Notes under the pieces: generated by a model
What the model was told of the DNA's origin: nothing
The model's database searches: none
The model's input: the letters and a program-made list of their open reading frames with translations, nothing else
Assembly (NCBI GenBank): GCA_950097015.1
Contig: CATNEN010000001.1
Span: forward strand, 4,154,001-4,218,000
Source of the DNA: Macrostomum hystrix
Lineage: Eukaryota > Animalia > Platyhelminthes
Direction: 5' to 3'
Length of the DNA stretch: 64,000 bases
Program-made: the position numbers and the translations under genes
Part shown: positions 37,301 to 48,395 of the stretch, piece after piece
How the letters are laid out: each line of letters starts with the position of its first letter
Position numbering within the stretch: the stretch's first letter is position 1

Positions 37301-38720
37301 CTGTCTCATCTCTCCCGTGTCTCATCTCTCCCCTGTCTCATCTCTCCCGTGTCTCATCTCTCCCCTGTCTCATCTCTCCCCTGTCTCATCTCTCCCCTGT
37401 CTCATCTCTCCCGTGTCTCATCTCTCCCGTGTCTCATCTCTCCTGTGTCTCATCTCTCCCGTGTCTCATCTCTCCCGTGTCTCATCTCTCCCGTGTCTCA
37501 TCTCTCCCCTGTCTCATCTCATCCCTGTCTCATCTCTCCCGTGTCTCATCTCTCCCCTGTCTCATCTCTCCCGTGTCTCATCTCTCCCGTCTCATCTCTC
37601 CCCTGTCTCATCTCTCCCTTGTCTCATCTCTCCCGTGTCTCATCTCTCCCCTGTCTCATCTCTTCGCTGTCTCATCTCTCCCGTGTCTCATCTCTCCCCT
37701 GTCTCATCTCTCCCCTGTCTCATCTCATCCCTGTCTCATCTCTCCCCTGTCTCATCTCTCCCGTGTCTCATCTCTCCCCTGTCTCATCTCTCCCCTGTCT
37801 CATCTCTCCCGTGTCTCATCTCTCCCGTGTCTCATCTCTCCCGTGTCTCATCTCTCCCGTGTCTCATCTCTCCCGTGTCTCATCTCTCCCCTGTCTCATC
37901 TCTCCCCTGTCTCATCTCTCCCCTGTCTCATCTCTCCCGTGTCTCATCTCTCCCCTGTCTCATCTCTCCCGTGTCTCATCTCTCCCCTGTCTCATCTCTC
38001 CCGTGTCTCATCTCTCCCCTGTCTCATCTCTCCCCTGTCTCATCTCTCCCCTGTCTCATCTCTCCCGTGCCTCAAGAATAATCAGTCCAACAAGAACTTG
38101 CTCGGCTAGACTTCAGAGCAGGAAGTTGCAAAGTCACCGGCATTAGCCGCCAGTCCCCAGCGTTGCATGTTTCAGATTCATTGTCGACTTGTTTTGCTAT
38201 GTTGAAATCTCCACGAGCCAAGTTTGCCGAACTAGAACCGACTTTTTTTTCAGTAGAATTTACGACAGACACTGTCCACGCTTTGTCCGCATATTTTGGC
38301 GACTGCGCTTCTGTAAAGCAAAGAACAAATTATTTGCTTATTTCTATGTTCCGTACTCTCTTATCTATCTTTAGTTGTGTTCTCTCTAGTTAGTTTAGAC
38401 ATTTTATACTCGTATTTGTTTCGGTGCACTTATTGATTGTTCTAACCATTTCGCTTTGCAGACGCATCAGGAACCAGTCGAAGCTTAGTAGACTTGGCAA
38501 TCGTCACTGGTCCCGTGGCGTCGTTTTTAAAAAACTCTATCGGTTGGCCATAGACAGCGTGAGCTTGAGCGTGCCGCTTATAGATGATTGAGGCCGGCCG
38601 CAGTTCTTGCTGCAATCCACCACGCGACAATGTCACACGTAGGCTAGCTATTTGAGTACGTGGAGTCCAACCGTTTAGGGTCACCGAGTGCAAGTCTAAT
38701 TTGAAATCGAATCTCGTCAT
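34385..38720 (-). CDS. EHBP1-like paralog B: NT-C2 + divergent CH + acidic tail + CAAX (CTFL), ~417 aa
   Basis: Exons 38720-38447, 38310-38102 (needs a GC donor), 36791-36292 and 34655-34385 join in frame. NT-C2: MTRFDFKLDLHSVTL...KAWTVSVV...LARGDFNIA. CH-like: SLEAWLRAVSDGHPDV...LLQLLRQLRQHF. Intron positions match paralogs A, C and D. Confidence 0.72.
34815..36255. repeat. Minisatellite, ~30 bp unit with higher-order variants (AAGAAACTGCATAGCAACGAAGATTCCACC)
   Basis: Fills the last intron of paralog B. Confidence 0.96.
36965..38070. repeat. 16 bp satellite (GTGTCTCATCTCTCCC)
   Basis: Direct; same family at 42890 and (inverted) 54215. Confidence 0.98.
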
Positions 38721-39353
38721 GAAGATAATCTGGAAGGGTCAAAAAAATTATAGACCAACTTTGCTAAAAAAAATCGATGACAAAAAATGGCGCACAGCCT
38801 TTTCAATTCAAACTCGGAATTATGTGGCAAATGGCGAAATCTGGGAAGTAAGAAAATGCTTAGAATTTAAATTCGACATTGAGTAGTCGTACTCACTTTT
38901 GTTGCCAATTTTATTGAGATCAAGTAGTTGTTCTAGTGTTTGTGGATAAATCTAAAAATATTGACTATAGAGAATTGGTAAAGGCCTTATTGAAATGACC
39001 AATACTAAAACTATCCAATCTATAGCGAACGATTGTACACAACAGTAATGAAATAACGAAGTCATTATGCCAAACGCTGGTAAAACAGGAAAACTTTTTA
39101 TTTTAATTGATAAAAAACAAATCACACTAAAACGCGACATGTACGCTTTCAGATCAAAACAAACAAGTCAAATGCTCAGTTGAATCTTGAGAAAAAAATG
39201 CAAAATCTGATTATAAACACTAAATGAAAATGCCAAACTACAAACCGGAAGACACAGCTTAGGCATTTTATTATAACTTGTACTAAATAGAGAACAACGA
39301 AAAATGTCAAATAGATTGCGGAGAAGATAAAATAAATCCCTGGAGCGTTAGTC

Positions 39354-39926
39354 TCAGACTTGATTGCCATCTTGTTGGTGCTGCACAATGGAGTGCACTT
39401 TGAGATTGCTTTTCCGACTAAAGCGCATGCCGCAGACGCTGCATTTGAAGGGCTTCTCACCTGAATGCACCATCAAGTGACTATTGAGATTGTAACGCTT
39501 ACGAAAATTCTTCTCGCACAGTTGGCACTGAAAAGGCCTGGAGCAGCTTGATCGATTAGATAGCTTAGATTCAATCAACCCGGTAATAGGACTGAGCCTG
39601 CGCTTCTTCGGCTTATTATGAACAACTTGCATGTGCTTCTTCAAACTATCAGCGTGAGAGAATCGATTTCTGCATTTGACACACGGTAGCGGCTTCTGTT
39701 GGCAAAAAAAGCGTTGATGCCTGTAAAAATCGCTGTACAAAAAACTCTTTTTGCATTGCTGGCATTGGCGATGACGCCTCTTTGCAGGGCGACGGCTTCG
39801 GCGGAGGCACAGCACAATCGCTTTCCTGGCTTCATCGCAGCCAAGACAATGAGACTCCAAGTGGTTCCAGTACGCGTCTCTCTGGTATCTTTGAAACCGC
39901 ATCAGGCACATCGGACACATTGACAT
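39354..39926 (-). CDS. C2H2 zinc-finger protein, 190 aa, single coding exon
   Basis: Fingers [72 protein letters not shown] plus two atypical N-terminal fingers; basic NLS-like KPKKRR. Confidence 0.9.
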   Translation of the reverse strand: MSMCPMCLMRFQRYQRDAYWNHLESHCLGCDEARKAIVLCLRRSRRPAKRRHRQCQQCKKSFLYSDFYRHQRFFCQQKPLPCVKCRNRFSHADSLKKHMQVVHNKPKKRRLSPITGLIESKLSNRSSCSRPFQCQLCEKNFRKRYNLNSHLMVHSGEKPFKCSVCGMRFSRKSNLKVHSIVQHQQDGNQV

Positions 39927-40478
39927 GTCTGGACTAGTCTAAACCTGGAACCAATGAGCAAACATTGTATATTAGTAGGATAAAATTGAGTCCGAGTTCT
40001 TAAGGCATCTTACTAGATCTTCGATAGATTATAAAGATTCGCACAAAAGCGAATTAACCACATTTCATTAACCACATTTACCATGTTGCACTAAAATTGT
40101 ACACCAGTTATAAATTCTTTTTAGTCAAGTTTCTATACAAATATAAATTAAATAGAAAAAGGCAAACACAGATTTGCTAAAAAATAAAGAAAAACTATAT
40201 TTTTTCTCATAAAAAAGGTTTTGAGCAAACAACAGACCAATCACTACAATTATAAAAGTGAGTAAAGAAAACTGTTTTAAAATCTATAAAATATATTTAA
40301 AAAGCTATAGTGGAATCTTGTAGTGTTGCATCTATGTAGAAGAGTGAAACAATCGAATTAAAATATCTGACAAAGTCAATGGTCTCTTTCCAAAGTAATT
40401 TAATGTGCGCCTTTGAACGCACAGAAAACGTTTGTCAATGTCTCGTTCTATTTACAGAATGAAATGAAAATTTCGACT

Positions 40479-42512
40479 TCATAGAATACAACAGGCCGAT
40501 TGAGCCTGATTGGACTCATTGTCGCCGCCATTTTCCGTCTCTTGAACAACGGAATCATTGTCCGCAGCAGTCGATGTGGACTCCGGAAGCATCATCTGAC
40601 GGAGCTGCTCAGCGTCAACTACTTCCCAGTCGAACTCCCAGTCCGCAGCGTCTGCGGTATCAATGCCGACTGCAGACGACGCGACAAAGAAGTCCCGCAG
40701 ACGACGCAGCAGCTCAGAATTTTCAATGCGCCTCTGAGGTAAATTCAGCAACGAGGAGTCGTCGACTATAGCGCTGGGCCTGGCGACAACAGTGACGATG
40801 CTATATTTTAACTTGTCTATATTAATTAAGTTGGAGCAGAAAATAGCAGAAAAGCAAGAAGCTAGGGGGAGACTGGCAGAGCGGTCTAACACAGGCACAG
40901 TGAGAGTGTACACTGCCTGACGATGAGAAAGTCCGGGCAGATGTACACACTAGTGTGCGTGTGTGCTCTGGAATTGCCTCCTCGCTGGCTGCGGGTCTAT
41001 TGTCACCAAATGTGCCATTGCCTTTGCTACCAAGCAGCAAAGTTTATTATCATTACGGGTGGCAGCTTTCATCGTTTCCTACCAATCGATTCCAAGGACT
41101 CCAGCCGCCTGTCTTGCCATGGACATTCTGACACAATCGCCACCAGCTCCTATGACAGCTCGCAAGTCGATAAGGTCCGGCCTGTGCCTGTGCAGGACAG
41201 CGCAGAAAACTACGCCGTCATTGAAGTTGGAAGCTGTCAAATCGGTGTCGCAAATCTGAGCATAGCTTCTCAGAGCACCTCGCGTCCAGGATACCAGACT
41301 ATCAGACAAGTCCCGGTTTTCAAAGCGATTCGAGCCCTCTCGGAAAAGCCGAGACAACTGACCTGTTGATTGACTACCAGACCAGGACCTCGACAGCAGC
41401 ATCTGCAACTGACGACTGTCTTTCGCATTCAATTTGGCAACGACTGTGAGGCTCTGATGTGTTTGCAATTGTCCAATAGACACAGATGCTGATGAAACGG
41501 TAACGGCGCTAAAATCTCTTGAGGATGGTGACTCCACGACTGTTTGCTGATTTGCTGGCAAAACCTCGGTTTTCGAAAATTTTAGAACTTTCATTTCTTC
41601 CACACATGCGGAGTCATTCACAGTAGGGTTTGAAAGATTCGGCCTGTCAGCTTCCGCCAGAGACTGAGCACTCTGCAATGCTTCTGGGAGAATAGGACTG
41701 TCAGCTGCAGACAGTTCCGCCAGTGACTGAGCACTCTGCGATGCTTCTGGGAGAATAGGACTGCCAGTTGCAGAAGGCGCCATTAATAGTTCAGCAGCCA
41801 AAGTAGAGGCTCGAACACAATTCTTCAAGCCATCAGTAATATCAGTAGACACTTCGTTGAGGCATTGGAAGTTCGCTGTTTGCAAAGGCTGGATAAAGGC
41901 TTGTTCTGACTTGCACAAGCGAATGGAATGAATGGTTAGTGTGACACTGGCAGCAGTAATCTGCGGGTGAATAGGCGATTATTTAAACAAATGAAGTAGC
42001 TGTTTAAAATAAAAATAAATTAAAAAATATTTGTTACTAAGTCTAAAACTGACCAGATTATGTTTAACCGGTACTAAACTGACAGTGAATTGCTCTGATA
42101 GTCTCGTCTGACTGCAATCTGTGCTGATAAACTCGGCTAAATTGATTCGGCAGCTAGCAAGCTCCAGACGGTTGCTAGGCAACAATGACTTGGCCTTTCT
42201 AGTCTCAACAATTAGAAGCCAGATCTTGTCACAAAATACAGGCTCGTTGGGTTTTAATCTAGCATCGTCGGATGGAAACTTGAATTTAGCCGTGAAGCCA
42301 GCAGTCTGCGGTGTTAGCCACTGAACGCAGCGAATGCTAGGATTGGCTGACTGAGCCGACCAATCAGAGAGCTGCGTGCCAGCGCGACGCTTGCCTAATG
42401 TTCCCGATTTGACAAGCGCAGCGGCCAACTGACTCGGTTGAAAGCCAGGCCGACAGTCCACGGACACGCGGTGGAAGCTGACCGTTAGGCGATGCTTCAC
42501 AACCGACCTCGG
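40479..42512 (-). CDS. EHBP1-like paralog C: NT-C2 + linker + CH + acidic LIR-like tail + CAAX (CCIL), ~546 aa; start codon absent from the first visible exon
   Basis: Exons 42512-42054 (HRLTVSFHRVSVDCRPGFQPSQL...DKIWLLIVE...LASCRINLAEF), 41960-41083 (CH: SLVSWTR...NFNDGVVFCAVLHRHRPDLID) and 40779-40479. Intron phases 0 and 2. Confidence 0.85.
40872..41052 (+). mobile_element. SINE family 2, internally deleted copy
   Basis: TGGCAGAGCGG head fused to the 3' part (CTGACGATGAGAAAGTC, GCCTCCTCGCTGGCTGCGGG). Confidence 0.8.
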
Positions 42513-42889
42513 CTGCAAGTTTAACAGTGTTAGATCTGATTTTATTTAGCCAGTGATTTAGAAACAATCGACAATGAAACTCTCTTTAACTCGAAACAGA
42601 TAATAAAATAAAGCTAAACCACAGTTCTGAAAGAATGATTTTGCGTTTATAAAAAACCAACTAGACTTTTTTCGCGGTAAAAACTTCACAATTTCTGGAG
42701 TATCCGACTGAATAAAGAGTAAAGTATAAAGCTGTAAACTTTTGAGAAACTTATTTTTACAATTACAAAACGCTTAAGAAAGTAATATGCATGAGTGAGC
42801 GAAACAACATTTAGGAATCTAGTCCAGCTGTTATGAAAAATATTCAGATAGACATCTGTTTGCGTAAAAAATAGCGTGAAAATCTAACC

Positions 42890-43832
42890 AGTGTCTCAAC
42901 TCTCCCGTGTCTCATCTCTCCCGTGTCTCATCTCTCCCGTGTCTCATCTGTCCCGTGTCTCATCTCTCCCGTGTCTCAACTCTCCTGTGTCTCATCTCTC
43001 CCGTGTCTCATCTCTCCCGTGTCTCATCTCTCCCGTGTCTCATCTCTCCCGTGTCTCATCTCTCCCGTGTCTCATCTCTCCCGTGTCTCATCTCTCCTGT
43101 GTCTCATCTCTCCCGTGTCTCATCTCTCCCGTGTCTCATCTCTCCTGTGTCTCATCTCTCCCGTGTCTCATCTCTCCCGTGTCTCATCTCTCCCGTGTCT
43201 CATCTCTCCCGTGTCTCATCTCTCCCGTGTCTCATCTCTCCCGTGTCTCATCTCTCCCGTGTCTCATCTCTCCCGTGTCTCATCTCTCCCGTGTCTCATC
43301 TCTCCCGTGTCTCATCTCTCCCGTGTCTCATCTCTCCCGTGTCTCATCTCTCCCGTGTCTCATCTCTCCTGTGTCTCATCTCTCCCGTGTCTCATCTCTC
43401 CCGTGTCTCATCTCTCCCGTGTCTCATCTCTCCCGTGTCTCAACTCTCCTGTCTCATCTCTCCCGTGTCTCATCTCTCCCGTGTCTCATCTCTCCTGTGT
43501 CTTATCTCTCCCGTGTCTCATCTCTCCCGTGTCTCATCTCTCCCGTGTCTCATCTCTCCCGTGTCTCATCTCTCCCGTGTCTCATCTCTCCCGTGTCTCA
43601 TCTCTCCCGTGTCTCATCTCTCCCGTGTCTCATCTCTCCCGTGTCTCATCTCTCCCGTGTCTCATCTCTCCCGTGTCTCATCTCTCCCGTGTCTCATCTC
43701 TCCTGTGTCTTATCTCTCCCGTGTCTCATCTCTCCCGTGTCTCATCTCTCCCGTGTCTCATCTCTCCCGTGTCTCAACTCTCCTGTCTCATCTCTCCTGT
43801 CTCAACTCTCCTGTCTCTCAACTCTCCCGTGT
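42890..43832. repeat. 16 bp satellite (GTGTCTCATCTCTCCC)
   Basis: Direct; lies between paralogs D and C. Confidence 0.98.
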
Positions 43833-43908
43833 TTCATCCATCCCGTATCTCATACCTCCATAGTCAGTCTTTGTCTTTGTTGTATTAGGGTTCATTGAGT
43901 AAAATAAG

Positions 43909-46723
43909 TCATAAAATGGTGCATGACGCCCAATGAAGTTTATTGAGAAGGCTTGGCGACTCCACCGTGACCATCACCAAGCACTGTTCATCAACTAGCT
44001 CTTCATTCACCATCACCCAGTCGTCTAGTGCAACGAGCGGCCTTGGTGGCACCCGGCGACCGAAGCGTTCTCGCAGTTGGTGCAGAAACGCCGCTATCAG
44101 TCTCTGACTAGGGATTCGATGCAGCACCAGGGCTGACGCATCTGGAGTCCTAGGGACATTAAAAATAAATGGCTTTATCACTGCAGAGGAGACACTCAAT
44201 TACCAAGGACCACTAGGAGTAGGACGGGAAACTACGTTTCTTAGAAAAAAATATCACTTTCACTGGCTTTCACTTTTATTAGATTTCAATGATGACAGCT
44301 TTTGATTGGAAGCAGATATAAAGCTGTTCTTTTGATAAAGCTTGCCTAACGTGTTGCTCTGTAACAATGCTATACAGTTTTGTACATGGCAATTTGTTTT
44401 CATACTATCTTCTTTACTTATAAACATCCGATTTCACTGACTATTTTTTGCAGTTATTTTAATAGCGATTAATTACAGCGTATACAGGGGGGGGGCAACT
44501 GTGCCAGATGACTTCGGCAGGTGCCAATACCATTACTATTTACTAACTCACTAATGTTGAGGGTCGGTGGCAGAGCGGTTAACGCGTTTGCCTCTCGCAC
44601 CACGGCCCCTAAGTTCGATTCCACGGCGAGGCCACATTCATTTGGGGCGCAGACGCGAAGAGAAGGTTTGGGGGCTTGTCGTGCAATTTACGCCCTTGTG
44701 GGCCAACCTCCAAGGCACAGCAAGAGAGTGTACCACTGCCTGACGATGAGAAAGTCAGGGCAGACGTACACACCTGTGTGAGCGTGTGCCTGCGTACAGT
44801 ATCTGTGTGCGTGTGTGCTCAGGAGTCAGCGAAATGGACAGAATTGCCTCCTCGCTGGCTGCGGGTATAGTGTCACTAAATGATGTACCATTGCCCGCAG
44901 CCCTCCTGCAATTATTATTTTTTATTATTCTATTGAAGCTAGGAAGAAATAGCTAATAGCGATTAATATAATGTTTAATTAGTAATTAATTGCAAGAGGA
45001 ACGCAAAAATAAGGTCCAGCAAATTTTACTAGTCAATAGTGTAATAAATCTCAGACTTATGAAAGGTTATTTAGTAAAAAAACCGTAGAAAGATTAAATT
45101 GTATTGTAGAAAACTTTATAATCCGTTTTCAATCAAAAGCTGTCACGATTTAAATCTTTTAAAAAGTCTAATTTTCCTATCTCCGTATTGTATTTTTCTC
45201 GCGAAAACAAGTCGTTGATTTTTTTTCTAAGAAACGTAGTCTCCTGTCCTTCTACTAGTGGTCTTGTCAATCACATGAGAAGATAACTTATCCCAAACTG
45301 AACAATTTCCTCATTTTAAACTAGCCTACTCACATATCAACGCCAAGCTCTCTGGCAGCGTTAAACGCTAAGTTATTATTCTCGCGCAAGTTGTTAGTTA
45401 AACAGTCGAAATCGATCAGACGCGGCGAGAATCTATTAATGATTGCGCAGAATGCAAGACCGTTGCGAAAAGACGTGTGACGATTAGCGATTTTCACGTA
45501 TCGATAGCCTTCGGTGCATTCGCGACTCCAGGCCAGAAGGCTGTCAGTAAAGTCCGCGTCGAGAGAGACCTCGAGACCAACAACTGACGCGTCAGGTGTG
45601 CAAGGACTAAGTGCGGATGCTGAAGTCAGTGTCGATGACTCATCGGGTGAACAAGGACTATGCGCCGATGACTCATCCAATGTACTATTAGCTAGACCTT
45701 CTGTTGATAACTCGGGAAACGAAAGGTCATCAACAAGATGAGTTGGCGTATTTATAGCGGTGGCACAGCCAGGCATAGGCGCCTCTGGCATTGGCGAGCA
45801 GATAGGATAGATAAGTAGGGATAAACTGACGGAAGCCACCTATCAAAGAGCGATGTTGAATTTTGTCGTTTGATTTATTGGAAAAATCTTTCAAAGTTTG
45901 AAATTTGAAACCAGTAGCAAAGTGGTCTAAAGCGTTTGCCTCTCGAGCCGAGGTCCCTGAGCTCGATTCCGCGGCGAGGCCACATTCATTTGGGGCGCAG
46001 CCGCGGAGAGAAGGCTTGGGGGCTTGATAGCCAAGCGCCAAGGGACAGTGAAAGTGTGCAATGCATATAGACTGCCTGACGACGAGAACGCCAAGGCAGA
46101 TGTACACACCTGTGTGCGTGTGTTCTCAGGAGTCAGCGAAATAGGCAGAATTGCCTCCTCGCTGGCTGCAGGTCTCGTGTCACTAATTGGTATGCGATTG
46201 TCCGCAGCCCTTCTGCAATTACGAGTATTAATATTATTATTATTCTAACCTTCTTCGACCTGGAACGCAGCGGCAGCTCAGTCAGAAACTCTGGTTGAGC
46301 CGAGCCTGGCTTCAATAATCTTGCCTTGGACACCAGCTGAGCTAGTCGAACTGTACGGCTGGCGATTCGCTTACAGCCGGCATCGGCTAGACACTCGCAG
46401 GCGACAAATTTCCAATCCTCTGCGACGCCAGCTGAGAAGGTGAAGTCAAAAACGTCGCTAACTGATGCGGCGTCAATGCAACAGACTCTTGTACACGCTG
46501 ATGTCGCACTCGACAACCAACAGCAGCTGCGAGGCTGGGTGCGGTGACGCCAGTGTTTAATGTCAAGTCGTTCAGATCTCAATAGACGACTGATGCGGCC
46601 CACACGATCGTCAGCCGCAGTGGCTGCGGCAAACACCTGTCCTAAGCAACGACTGCTCGAATGATTGCACTCGATTGTCAAACTGGCAAATTTGATAATC
46701 AACTGCCGCTGATTGTGGGCCAT
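43909..46723 (-). CDS. EHBP1-like paralog D: NT-C2 + CH + LIR-like tail + CAAX (CTIL), ~406 aa
   Basis: Exons 46723-46250 (MAHNQRQLIIKFASLTIEC...DWKFVACE...IASRTVRLAQL...LPLRSRSKK), 45839-45334 (CH: SLLAWSRECTEGYRYVKIANRHTSFRNGLAFCAIINRFSPRLIDF...NNNLAFNAARELGV) and 44149-43909. Intron phases 0 and 2. Confidence 0.88.
44202..45268. mobile_element. Putative TIR element (~55 bp imperfect TIRs) with a nested SINE, in intron 2 of paralog D
   Basis: GACCACTAGGAGTAGGACGGGAAACTACGTTTCTTAGAAAAAAA at 44208 is the reverse complement of TTTTTTTCTAAGAAACGTAGTCTCCTGTCCTTCTACTAGTGGTC ending ~45263. Confidence 0.65.
44560..44930 (+). mobile_element. tRNA-derived SINE family 2, full length
   Basis: A box TGGCAGAGCGG, B box AGTTCGATTCC, 3' hairpin, (ATT)n tail. 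Confidence 0.88.
45915..46245 (+). mobile_element. SINE family 2 copy in intron 1 of paralog D
   Basis: Colinear with 44560-44930; ATT tail ends a few nt from the splice donor. Confidence 0.85.
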
Positions 46724-46974
46724 TTTCAATGCCCGCGTTGTTTCTGCAACAACAATTGTTTTAACTTGTATAAAACCATGTCCGCGCCGCCAATTTGTTT
46801 CGAAAATCTACACAACTGAATCCTTTACAAACTGGGGTAAAAACTGTAAATAAGTACAGGGATCTTAAAGACCTTTGGTAGCTACATTGGCTCAATGTTT
46901 TTAAATGATATTTTTTTTATTTTCATGCCTATTAACAGAAGAAAGACCACGGCTATTTCAAATACCCACTGCCT

Positions 46975-47739
46975 AATTCACGATAGCTCCCAAACCGAAT
47001 GACCGATTTTCGTGACAGTCAACCATCTGAATCAAAATGTTCCGCCCTTCACGATGAACTAACTTTCAAAGCCTTCCGACGCCAGCATCGTCGAGATATT
47101 CAGCGCCTTTTGTCGGAGTCCCTGGCGACAAGGACAACTAACATTTCTCTGCTTCTAAACTTCTTTTGACGAATCCATATTGGTTCAAAAATGAAAAAAA
47201 ATAATCTAATCAATCCAAAATAGTCAACAATGATAGCCGACATAATTACATAATGAATTTTATTTATTTATAATTTATTTGCCAACAGACGCACCAACGA
47301 GAATCGTTGAATAACTCGACGATAATCGATATTTTGTGATTCTGAAAGTTTTCTCAACGAATAGAGTGGAAAATTTTAGCCCATTAAAAGTTAATTAAAG
47401 TTTAATTAAAGATAAGCAGAAGGATATGATGGGGTTAAAAGGTTGATTACAGATTTAGTCTCCGACCTTGGGACTGCATCAGTTCCTGATTCTCGTTGGA
47501 GTGATGTGATGGAATCATGTGACCATTATATTATAGAAATCTTCATAGAGGTTATAACTGAGCATTGTGAGTTGTCCTTGTCAACAGGGTCTTCGACAAA
47601 GGTCGCTGAATATCTCGACGATGCTGACGTCGGACCGCTTTGAAAGTTAGTTTAGCGTAGTATAAAGTGCGGAAAATGTTGATTCACACAATGGACTATC
47701 ACGAAAATCGGTCATTCTGTTTCGGAGCTATCGTGAATT
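46975..47739. mobile_element. Foldback/MITE-like element with ~165 bp imperfect inverted repeats
   Basis: 46975-47139 is the reverse complement of 47570-47739; a partial third arm copy lies at ~49985-50085. Confidence 0.75.
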
Positions 47740-48112
47740 CGAACCCGGTGGACTTGGTCTATCTACAGTTAAGTGAACATTTTAGAAAGCAGATACTAAG
47801 AGAAAAAAGAATGCAACTTCATTTTAGTCTTTATTATTATTGTTACAAGAGTTATTTGTAATCTATATTAGTTATTCGATTATTTAAAAAGAAAAATATT
47901 TGCAACGTGTCTGCTTTGCAAACACCCAGCTGGTGGTTCTTACTGTCGTGTACTTTTGTCTTTGTGTTAATTAGTTTTGCGCATTTGTTGGTTAGAATTA
48001 TGGATATCAGGCGCATGAAACTAAAAGTTGATAACTAAATACAATATTCTTTTTTATACTAAAAACGCAAATATTTCCATTTCTAAACTTACATCTGCCC
48101 TGTACTAATTGC

Positions 48113-48395
48113 TTGATTACACCTGCCCCAATTGGGTCAGATGCGCAACCGACAGCACAGCCGCAGCTGTTGCGCAGCGCATCTGAAGGCTGCGTAAAAC
48201 TGTTCAGGCCATGGACTGGGGGGACGCCACACCCACCTTCAATTATCCTAGCTGATGCTGGTACCCATTTAACAGCTGAAGCAATGCAGAGTTAAGTGTC
48301 TTGCTAAAGGACACAAATTGTTCCAGTGGAGTCGGGAATCGAACCCCCGACCTTCAAGTCGTGAGTCCGACGCCCTAACCACTAGGCTACAACCT
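48113..48395 (-). mobile_element. tRNA-derived SINE family 1, full length
   Basis: Head GGTTGTAGCCTAGTGGTTAGGGCGTCGGACTCACGACTTGAAGGTCGGGGGTTCGATTCCCG on the - strand; matches 58976-59290. Confidence 0.9.

Noticed and set aside
36766-38146. SHLSRVSSLPCLISP ORFs (also 42891-43898 and 54095-55092)
   Set aside because: 16-bp satellite open in all three frames
44740-44760. Hammerhead-like core CTGACGA-TGA-GAAA in SINE family 2
   Set aside because: No stem II and no stem III/NUH site; it sits in a simple hairpin loop
44840-44915. HDV-like ribozyme suggested by GCCTCCTCGCTGGC in SINE family 2
   Set aside because: The strand that should pair as P1 has its complement downstream (simple hairpin); no convincing upstream P1 or J4/2
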